Assembly: GCF_029168335.1 (NCBI RefSeq)
Contig: NZ_JARGYC010000040.1
Span: 3,605 to 35,604, forward strand
Direction of reading: 5' to 3'
Origin: Psychromarinibacter sediminicola
GTDB lineage: Bacteria; Pseudomonadota; Alphaproteobacteria; Rhodobacterales; Rhodobacteraceae
DNA length: 32,000 bases
A program made the position numbers and the translations under genes. This document shows, one piece after another, positions 1-6,679 of the stretch; the stretch's first letter is position 1; each line of letters starts with the position of its first letter. The notes below the pieces were generated by a model. The model worked only from the letters and a program-made list of their open reading frames with translations. It was not told where the DNA came from and ran no database searches.

Positions 1-854
1 ACCAGCACCTCGCCCCGGATGCCCAGCATCCCCGTGGCCTGCAGCGCCGCGGCCAGGAGCGCCAGGCCCAGCACCGGCAGCACCACCTGGAACAGCGAGG
101 TGATGAACGCCGCCAGCGCCCGGGCGCGGCCCTTCGACCGGGTCAGCACCGCCTGCGTAAGCTTCACCATCGCCGGGCGGCCGCGCAGCAACAGCGCGCC
201 GGCGATCACGATATAGAGAATGGTCTGCGGCAGTTGCTGGCGCAGGCTCTCGCGCCGCACCTCGGACGCCCATTGCGCCTGCATTTCCGTCCAGACCGCC
301 CGCACGCTTGTCACGAAGGCGGTCACCGCGTCGGGCCAGATCGCCGGGTTCAGCGGGGACGGCCCGATACTGAGCAGCGCGTCCGCCTGCCGCAGCCGGA
401 TCAGCGCGTCGATCCGGCGGATCAGCCCCTCGGCGCGGCTGAACGCTTCCTCGGCCCGCCGCACCGGCGCCAGCGCCTCGCTCAGCTGCTGGTTCAGCGT
501 CTGCCGCCGCTCGGACAGTTCGGCGACCTCGGCCTCGCCCTCCGCCGGCGCCGGTCCCAGCGCCTCGATCTGCGCGCGGAGCGTCTCGATCCGCGAGGCG
601 TTGACGGTCTGCGCCTGCAGGAACCGCTCGCGCCAGCCGTCGATCTCGGCGCGCAGCGTCTCCAGCGCCTCGTTCGACGCCCGCGCCGAGTCCACCGCGG
701 CCTCGGCCCGGGTGGCCACACGCTCCCACGCCTCGTAATCTATCGTCTCGGGGGCCGCGGCCTCCTGGGCAAAGACCGGCCCTGTCGCCGCGGCGCCGCC
801 GATGGCGAGGCCGAGACAGAGGACCAGCAAGAACCGGGCAAGCATGGCGCTCAT
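1..854 (-). CDS. MscS/MscK-like mechanosensitive channel, N-terminal part only (gene runs off the left window edge)
   Basis: Absent from the ORF track because it is truncated. My translation of the minus strand from ATG 854-852 gives MSAMLARFLLVLCLGLAIGGAAATGPVFAQEAAAPETIDYEAWERVATRAEAAV..LRAEIDGWRERF..RIETLRAQIEALGPAPAEGE..ILYIVIAGALLLRGRP.. It has a signal peptide, a long coiled-coil region, then TM helices, the layout I associate with DUF3772-type MscS-family channels. GC3 is high throughout. The ATG overlaps the cysK stop (ATGA at 851-854). Confidence 0.55.
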   Translation of the reverse strand, partial: MSAMLARFLLVLCLGLAIGGAAATGPVFAQEAAAPETIDYEAWERVATRAEAAVDSARASNEALETLRAEIDGWRERFLQAQTVNASRIETLRAQIEALGPAPAEGEAEVAELSERRQTLNQQLSEALAPVRRAEEAFSRAEGLIRRIDALIRLRQADALLSIGPSPLNPAIWPDAVTAFVTSVRAVWTEMQAQWASEVRRESLRQQLPQTILYIVIAGALLLRGRPAMVKLTQAVLTRSKGRARALAAFITSLFQVVLPVLGLALLAAALQATGMLGIRGEVL

Positions 855-1888
855 GCGTCTTCGAACACTGCCGGGAGCGCCCGGCGTCCCTCGTCCACCA
901 GCCATTCCGGCACCGGCAGGCCCTTTTCCTTCAGAAAGCCCGGGTTGTAGAGCTTCGACTGATAGCGCGAGCCATAGTCGCACAGCACCGTGACGATGGT
1001 GTGCCCCGGCCCCAACTCGCGCGCCATGCGCACCGCGCCGGCCATGTTGATCGCGGTCGAGCCGCCCATGCACAGCCCCTCGTGCTCCAGCAGGTCGAAC
1101 ACGTAAGGAATGGCTTCTTCATCGCTGATCTGCCACGCGAAATCGGGGGTGAAGCCTTCCAGGTTCGCGGTCACGCGCCCCTGCCCGATGCCTTCGCTGA
1201 TGGAACTGCCCTCGGCCTTGAACTCGCCGTTGGTGTAGAAGCTGTAAAGCGCCGCGCCCATCGGGTCGGCAAGGCCCATCTTCACGCCCCTGGACTGCAG
1301 CGCCTCGGCGACGCCGGCCAGCGTGCCGCCCGAGCCGACGGCGGCGACGAAGCCGTCGACCTTGCCGTCCAGCTGCGCCCAGATCTCCGGGCCCGTCGTC
1401 TCGACATGCGCGCGCCGGTTGGCGACGTTGTCGAACTGCTGCGCCCAGATCGCGCCGCCGGGCTCGGTCTTGGCCAGCTCTTCCGCCAGCCGGCCGGAAT
1501 ACTTCACGTAGTTGTTGGGGTTGCGGTAGGGCACCGCCGGCACCTGCACCAGCTCGGCGCCCGCCAGGCGGATCATGTCCTTCTTCTCCTGGCTCTGGGT
1601 CTCGGGGATCACGATGACGGTCTTGAACCCCATCGCCGCGCCGACCAGCGCCAGGCCGATGCCGGTATTGCCCGCCGTGCCCTCGACCACGGTGCCGCCG
1701 GGCTCCAGCAGGCCGCGCTCCACCGCGTCGCGGATGATGTAGAGCGCGGCGCGGTCCTTCACCGACTGGCCGGGATTCATGAACTCCGCCTTGCCGTAGA
1801 TGTCGCAGCCGGTCGCCTCGGAGATCGCGTTCAGCCGGATCAGCGGCGTGTTGCCCACCGCGTCCGGCAAGTCCTTGTAGATGCGCAT
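851..1888 (-). CDS. cysK: Cysteine synthase family PLP enzyme (CysK-like O-acetylserine sulfhydrylase)
   Basis: Track ORF 851..1909 trimmed to ATG 1888 (MRIYKDLPDAVGNTPLIRL). It carries the PLP-lysine motif NPGQSVKDRAA, GTAGNTGIGLA and the AAVGSGGTLAG loop. It lies directly downstream of trgB, as in the R. sphaeroides trgAB-cysK locus. Confidence 0.85.
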   Translation of the reverse strand: MRIYKDLPDAVGNTPLIRLNAISEATGCDIYGKAEFMNPGQSVKDRAALYIIRDAVERGLLEPGGTVVEGTAGNTGIGLALVGAAMGFKTVIVIPETQSQEKKDMIRLAGAELVQVPAVPYRNPNNYVKYSGRLAEELAKTEPGGAIWAQQFDNVANRRAHVETTGPEIWAQLDGKVDGFVAAVGSGGTLAGVAEALQSRGVKMGLADPMGAALYSFYTNGEFKAEGSSISEGIGQGRVTANLEGFTPDFAWQISDEEAIPYVFDLLEHEGLCMGGSTAINMAGAVRMARELGPGHTIVTVLCDYGSRYQSKLYNPGFLKEKGLPVPEWLVDEGRRALPAVFEDA

Positions 1889-1949
1889 CGGAACTCCTCC
1901 CGGCTGCAATGGATCGTCGCCGCCGGTGTAGGCCGCGCCCCGCCGAAAC

Positions 1950-3059
1950 TCAAGCGCCCGAGCGCAGCCGCTCCCGGTTGGCGGCCAGCCACAGCCCCGT
2001 CAGGATCAGCGGCCCGTTCTCCGCCTCGCGCCCGCCGAGGAACTCGGTGAATGCGGACCAGTCCAGCACCACGCCGCGGATGTCCTCGTGCTCGTGGTCC
2101 AGCCCGCCGATCTGCGCCGTCCCGTCGGGCAGGTCGCACAGCCCGACATAGGACCACAGGTATTCCGACACGGCCCCCGGCGACGGGTAGTAGCGCGCCA
2201 CCAGCTCCAGCCCGCGCAGCGCGACCCCGGCCTCCTCCTCCGCCTCGCGATAGGCCGTCGACTCCGGCCCCTCGCCCGGGTCGATCCGCCCCGCCACCGG
2301 CTCCAGGCTCCAGGGATGCCGGTCTCCGCGCGCGAAGGGGCCGAAGCGGAACTGCTCCACCATCAGCACCCGGTCGCGGACGGGATCGTAAGGCAGAACC
2401 GTCACCGCGTCGCCCATGACGAAGGCCGCGCGCGTGACCGTCTCGCTCTCGCCGCCGTCGAAATGGCGAAACCGCAGATCCTGCTCCTCGACCGCGAAGA
2501 ACTGCACATAGGGCCGGCGCCGCTCTTCGGTGCGGACATCCTCGGCCGTGCCGCCGCGGCGCACCGCGTTCGGCGCGCTGTCCGCCGCCGCCCGCACCCA
2601 GGAGCTCGCCCGCACCGCCGCCTGCGACAGATGCGCGGCCACCTCCCCGGCCGCCTGCGCGCCGTAGCGCTCCATGATCTCCTGCGCCAGCCGCGTCTCG
2701 GCCGCGCCGTGCCGCACTTGCCAGTCCTCGTAGCGCCAGGGCCCGCCCGGCGTCGCCGCGCGCGGCACGAAGGCCCGCGCCGGCACCGCCCCCGCATCGG
2801 TCTGCACGGTCACCGGCGCGGCGTAATGCCCGCGGACCGCGGCATAGAAATCCAGCCGCGCCCGCAGCGCCGGATCGGGCTCCAGCAGAATGCCCGGCAC
2901 CGTCCCGCCCGCCTGCGGCACCGGGACCGGCCCCTGCGCACTGTCGCACAGGGCATGGTCGCCCAGCCGCGCCGGCCGCGCATCCGCCTTCGCCTCCGGC
3001 CCCAGCACCTGCTTGAGGACCGGCGCGTAACGTAGCGTTCCGTAGAGAAAAACCGCCAT
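1950..3059 (-). CDS. trgB: TrgB-like fusion protein: N-terminal AIG2/gamma-glutamylcyclotransferase-like domain plus C-terminal Nudix hydrolase
   Basis: 369-aa ORF. The N-terminus MAVFLYGTLRY.. is GGCT/AIG2-like. The C-terminal half carries a Nudix box, GRIDPGEGPESTAYREAEEEAGV (GX5EX7REUXEEXGU). Its start codon abuts the trgA stop (3059/3060). Confidence 0.75.
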   Translation of the reverse strand: MAVFLYGTLRYAPVLKQVLGPEAKADARPARLGDHALCDSAQGPVPVPQAGGTVPGILLEPDPALRARLDFYAAVRGHYAAPVTVQTDAGAVPARAFVPRAATPGGPWRYEDWQVRHGAAETRLAQEIMERYGAQAAGEVAAHLSQAAVRASSWVRAAADSAPNAVRRGGTAEDVRTEERRRPYVQFFAVEEQDLRFRHFDGGESETVTRAAFVMGDAVTVLPYDPVRDRVLMVEQFRFGPFARGDRHPWSLEPVAGRIDPGEGPESTAYREAEEEAGVALRGLELVARYYPSPGAVSEYLWSYVGLCDLPDGTAQIGGLDHEHEDIRGVVLDWSAFTEFLGGREAENGPLILTGLWLAANRERLRSGA

Positions 3060-3500
3060 TCAGGGCAAACGCCGCGCCGTCATCTCGGCCAGAAAGCCCT
3101 GCACGACACCGCCGCCGGCCAGCGTGCCCCAGATCTCGGTGGGCTTGAGGTAGTCGAAATACCCGATGCCGATCGCCACCATGTCCTTCAGCGCCTCCAT
3201 CGGCCCGCCATAGGACATGTTGATCGAGCGCATGAACATCTCGTAGCCCGCGAACCAGACGATCCCCCAGAACGCCAGAAACGCCGCGCCGCCCAGCCCG
3301 TAGCCGACCGAGGCCACCACCCCTTGCCCCGCGTGCCGCCCCACGAAGCGCCAGCCGATGATCAGACCCAGCACCGCCAGGACCTCGCGGAACACGCCCG
3401 CCGGGGTCTGCTCGGGGAAGTAGGGGATGATCAGGTGCCCCACATACCAGGCCAGCGCCGCCAGCAGGACGGCAGAGACGAGTTTCGCGGCTGTGGGCAT
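3060..3500 (-). CDS. trgA: TrgA-like small integral membrane protein (tellurite-resistance locus)
   Basis: Track ORF 3060..3866 trimmed to ATG 3500 (MPTAAKLVSAVLLAALAWYVGHLIIPYF..), giving 146 aa and about 4 TM helices. The upstream part of the track ORF is Arg/Gly-rich junk. Size and position immediately 5' of the GGCT-Nudix gene and cysK match trgA. Confidence 0.65.
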   Translation of the reverse strand: MPTAAKLVSAVLLAALAWYVGHLIIPYFPEQTPAGVFREVLAVLGLIIGWRFVGRHAGQGVVASVGYGLGGAAFLAFWGIVWFAGYEMFMRSINMSYGGPMEALKDMVAIGIGYFDYLKPTEIWGTLAGGGVVQGFLAEMTARRLP

Positions 3501-3687
3501 CGGGTCGGCTCCTGGCAGAGACGGGTTGGCCCCGTTCTCCGCCCGACGCCCCGCAACCGCAAGCGCCGCGCCGGATTTTCCCGCCGGCCTGTTCCAGTCG
3601 CGACACAACGCGCGACACCGGCGCGGGGCCGGAAACGGTGCATCGCAGGGTCCGGCGCCGCGGCGCCCGGTCAAAGCGCGCCCCGCT

Positions 3688-5109
3688 TCAGAAATCGCGC
3701 CGCTCGTAGGCGTCGAGCGCCCGCTTGCGGCCCGCGTCCAGCCCGACGACCGGCGCGGGGTATCCGTCGTCAGGCGACAGCCCCCACGCCCGCGGCACCG
3801 CCGCGAAATAGTCCAGCGCCGTCCGCGGCGGCTGCCCCTGCCCCTCGGCGACCCAGCGTCGGACATAGCGGCGGTCGGGGTCGAACCGCCTGCGCTGCGT
3901 CGCCGGGTTGAAGATCCGGAAATAGGGCGTCGCGTCCGGGCCGGAGCCCGCCGACCACTGCCAGCCCAGCGCGTTCGACGCCGGATCCCAGTCCACCAGG
4001 CAGTCCTCGAACCACGCCTTGCCGATCTTCCAGTGGGTCATCAGGTGCTTGGTCAGGTAGCTCGCCACGATCATCCGGGCGCGGTTGTGCATCCGCCCGG
4101 TCACGTACATCTCGCGCATCGCCGCGTCGACGAAGTCCACCCCCGTCCGTCCGCGGGTCCAGGCGATCACCTCGGCCCGCCGGTCGTCCTCGTTCCACGG
4201 AAACGCATCCCACTCCGGGCGCCAGTTGCCGGTCTCCAGCCGTGGCGTGTGGTGCAGCAGGTGATAGGCGAACTCGCGCCAGACGAGTTCCTTCAGCCAG
4301 GCCTCGGCGCCGGGTTTGCCGTCCTGCCGCGCGCGCATCCCGGCATGCCAGCAGACCCGCGGCGAGATCTCGCCATAGGTCAGCGGCTCGGACAGGGTCG
4401 ACGTGCCGTCTTCCGCGGGAATGTCGCGGGCCTCGTCATAGTCCGCGATCCCGTTCGCGATGAAGGCGCCCAGCCGCCCCTGCGCCGCCGCTTCGCCGAC
4501 GCGCACGTATCGGCCCACGATGTCGGCGCCCCGGTCCATCGCGGCGCCCATCGCCCAGTCGGCCAGCGCGTCGCTCTCGGGCCAGCGCTGCGGCGCGCGC
4601 AGCTCCGACACCGAAGGCAGCGCCGCAGGCACCTCGCGATCCTTCACCGCGCGCCAGAAGGGCGTGTAGACCTTGTAGTAATCGCCCTGCTTGGTCTCCA
4701 CCGTCCAGGGCTCGAACAGCAGATGCCCGGCAAAGCTCCGGGCGTCGACGCCGTCCTCCTTCAGCGCCGCCTTCACCGCGCGGTCGCGTTCCTGCGAAGC
4801 CGGGTCGTAGGCCCGCTGCCACCACACGGCGCCGGCGCCGGTCTCCTGCACCAGCGCCCGCAGGCCCTCCAGCGCCGTGCCCCGCCGCAAGGTCAGCCGC
4901 GCCCCGATCCCCGCCAGCGCTTCGGCGAACGCGCCCACGCCCAGCCCGAAGCGCCATTTCGGCGCCGCGCCCAGCCGGTCGACGACCTCGTCATGCAGAA
5001 AGACCGGAATGACCGGCCGGCCGCTTCCGGCGGCCTCCGACAGGGCCGCGTGATCGGACAGGCGCAGATCGCGCCGGATCCAGACGATGATCGGTGATGT
5101 GTCGCTCAA
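3688..5109 (-). CDS. phr: Deoxyribodipyrimidine photo-lyase (class I CPD photolyase/cryptochrome family)
   Basis: 473 aa. The N-terminus has IVWIRRDLRLSDHAAL. The C-terminal FAD-binding region has ..DWDPASNALGWQWSAGSGPDATPYFRIFNP.. A gap of only 22 bp separates it from the upstream aminotransferase gene. Confidence 0.92.
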   Translation of the reverse strand: MSDTSPIIVWIRRDLRLSDHAALSEAAGSGRPVIPVFLHDEVVDRLGAAPKWRFGLGVGAFAEALAGIGARLTLRRGTALEGLRALVQETGAGAVWWQRAYDPASQERDRAVKAALKEDGVDARSFAGHLLFEPWTVETKQGDYYKVYTPFWRAVKDREVPAALPSVSELRAPQRWPESDALADWAMGAAMDRGADIVGRYVRVGEAAAQGRLGAFIANGIADYDEARDIPAEDGTSTLSEPLTYGEISPRVCWHAGMRARQDGKPGAEAWLKELVWREFAYHLLHHTPRLETGNWRPEWDAFPWNEDDRRAEVIAWTRGRTGVDFVDAAMREMYVTGRMHNRARMIVASYLTKHLMTHWKIGKAWFEDCLVDWDPASNALGWQWSAGSGPDATPYFRIFNPATQRRRFDPDRRYVRRWVAEGQGQPPRTALDYFAAVPRAWGLSPDDGYPAPVVGLDAGRKRALDAYERRDF

Positions 5110-5131
5110 ACCCCTGCCCCGGCGGCCAAAA

Positions 5132-6355
5132 TCACAGCACGTGATCTAGCGCCCGGATCAGCCGGTCAACGTCCTCTTTCGACGTGTAATGCACGAAGCT
5201 CAGCCGCAGCACGCCCTGCGCCGGATCCACCCCCAGCGCCGTCAGCGGCCGCACCGCATAGAAATCGCCGCCGCCGGCCATGATCTCGTGCGGCGCCAGC
5301 GCCTCGGCCAGCTCCGCCCCCGGCCGGTGACAAGCCAGCGCGACGGTCGGCGCCCGGGCCTCCGCCTCGGCCGGTCCGATCAGCCGCACCGCGTTCTTCG
5401 CCTTTAGGTAATCGAGCAGCGGCTGCAGCAGCGCCGTCTCGTGCGCCCGTTGCAGGTCATGCACCCGCGCCGCCCGCACCCGCGCGTCCCGGCTCGGCTC
5501 GCAATGCCGGGCGTGCAGCAGGTCGACGTAATCCGCGATCCCGGCACAGGCCGCCACCTGCGCATGGTCCGGCCCGGCCGGCGTGAACCGCTTGTAAAGC
5601 GCGTCGCCGTTGAAGAAATGCGCCTGGTTCGGCAGCGCCTCGCCCAGGTCGCGGCGGATCACCATGACCCCCTGATGCGGGCCATAGGTCTTGTAGGCCG
5701 AGAACAGGTAGATGTCCGCGCCCGTCGCCCCCACATCCGGCAGCCCGTGCGGCGCATAGCTGACCCCGTCGACGCAGACCGCCGCGCCGGCGGCATGGGC
5801 GATCTCGGTCATGCCGGCCACGTCGTTGATCTCGCCCACCACGTTCGAGCAATGCGGAAAGCAGACGAGCTTCACCTTGTCGTCCAGCAGCGCGGCCAGA
5901 TCCTTCGGGTCCAGATGCCCCGTCTCCGGGTCGATGCGCCATTCGCGGATCTCGACGCCTTCCTCGGCCAGCCGCCGCCAGGGGCCGGAATTCGCCTCGT
6001 GGTCCTGGTCGGTGACGACGATCGCCTCGCCGGGCGCCAGCGCCTGCCGGAAGGCCTGTGCCAGCACATAGGTGTTCTGGGTCGTGGACGGCCCGAACGA
6101 CACCTCGTCGGTGGCCACGCCCAGCATCGCGGCCATCCGCTGGCGCGCCTCGTCCATCTCCTCGCCGCCCAGCCGGCTGGCCTCGTAGGGGCCGTAGGGC
6201 TGGACCTTGCGCTCGCGAAAGAACCGCTCCAGCCGCTGCATCACCGGGGCGCACATGTACGACCCGCCCGCATTCTCGAAAAAGCCCTTGTCGCCCAGAT
6301 CCTCCACGTCGAAGGCCGGGAACTGCGCGCGGACGAAATCGAGGTCGAGGGGCAT
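5132..6355 (-). CDS. Class V aminotransferase-fold PLP enzyme (cysteine desulfurase-like)
   Basis: Track ORF 5132..6454 trimmed to ATG 6355 (MPLDLDFVRAQFPAFD..). Motifs include HEANSGPW, CFPHCSNVVGEIND and SAYKTYGP (PLP lysine region). Confidence 0.8.
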   Translation of the reverse strand: MPLDLDFVRAQFPAFDVEDLGDKGFFENAGGSYMCAPVMQRLERFFRERKVQPYGPYEASRLGGEEMDEARQRMAAMLGVATDEVSFGPSTTQNTYVLAQAFRQALAPGEAIVVTDQDHEANSGPWRRLAEEGVEIREWRIDPETGHLDPKDLAALLDDKVKLVCFPHCSNVVGEINDVAGMTEIAHAAGAAVCVDGVSYAPHGLPDVGATGADIYLFSAYKTYGPHQGVMVIRRDLGEALPNQAHFFNGDALYKRFTPAGPDHAQVAACAGIADYVDLLHARHCEPSRDARVRAARVHDLQRAHETALLQPLLDYLKAKNAVRLIGPAEAEARAPTVALACHRPGAELAEALAPHEIMAGGGDFYAVRPLTALGVDPAQGVLRLSFVHYTSKEDVDRLIRALDHVL

Positions 6356-6449
6356 CGGGGAAACTCCGTCTGTGACGCCTGCGATCGGCCCTGAATTGGA
6401 CCGCGCCGGGCCGGAATGCAAGCGGGGGCGCGGCCGCCCGCCGGCAGCC

Positions 6450-6475
6450 GGCAAAATCTTCTAGAAGATTTTGCC
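6450..6475. repeat. Perfect 26-bp palindrome GGCAAAATCTTCTAGAAGATTTTGCC
   Basis: Read directly; the sequence equals its reverse complement. It lies in the 5' leader of the aminotransferase gene, 2 bp from a second palindrome. Confidence 0.95.
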
Positions 6476-6477
6476 CA

Positions 6478-6501
6478 GCCGAAATTTCTAGAAATTTCGG
6501 C
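6478..6501. repeat. Perfect 24-bp palindrome GCCGAAATTTCTAGAAATTTCGGC
   Basis: Read directly; the sequence equals its reverse complement. It shares the TTCTAGAA centre with 6450-6475 and 16757-16778. Confidence 0.95.
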
Positions 6502-6565
6502 CCCGCCCCGCCCCTTCGGGCCATCGCCCCATCCGGCGCGGACACCCGCGAAGATCCTTGGACGT

Positions 6566-6623
6566 GTTATCGCTATCTATAGAAAAATCAGGATCTTGGA
6601 CCCCCGTCCAACCTTGGACACCC
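6566..6623 (-). promoter_or_regulatory. 58-bp bipartite conserved intergenic element, copy A (candidate activator-dependent promoter or structured RNA)
   Basis: It aligns without gaps to 30167-30224 (43/58 identities by hand; terminal boxes 15/16 and 16/16; identical 26-nt spacer length). The minus strand reads GGGTGTCCAAGGTTGGAC-N24-TATAGATAGCGATAAC. It lies between the BCCT terminator and the aminotransferase start. The repeat itself is certain; its function is unknown. Confidence 0.45.
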
Positions 6624-6656
6624 AAGAAAAAGGCGGCCCTCCGGGGGCCGCCTTTC
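6624..6656 (-). terminator. Rho-independent terminator downstream of the BCCT transporter gene
   Basis: The stem GGCGGCCC (6632-6639) pairs with GGGCCGCC (6645-6652) around a 5-nt loop. On the minus strand it is followed by TTTTTCTT. It starts about 25 bp after the BCCT stop at 6680. A T-rich run on the plus side as well makes it potentially bidirectional. Confidence 0.7.
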
Positions 6657-6679
6657 GATGTTTTTCAAGGTCGTCCGCC

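Noticed and set aside
1840-3618. 592-aa minus-strand ORF, plus the related long ORFs 1001..2050 (+) and 2088..3035 (+)
   Set aside because: They are Arg/Gly/Ala/Pro-rich low-complexity translations out of frame with, or antisense to, the well-supported cysK, trgB and trgA genes. These are typical high-GC artefacts.
3427-5097. 556-aa plus-strand ORF antisense to the photolyase gene
   Set aside because: The product is low-complexity and Arg/Pro-rich. The opposite strand encodes a full-length photolyase with clear motifs.
6552-6600. RpoE (singlet-oxygen sigma factor) or RpoH-type promoter upstream of the photolyase operon
   Set aside because: AGATCC (minus strand) resembles the R. sphaeroides RpoE -35 TGATCC as I recall it. 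However, no TAAGA-like -10 lies at a 16-18 nt spacing, and the GATCC is not conserved in copy B of the element. The CTTG...CTAT combinations I tried have wrong spacing (11-13 or 26 nt).
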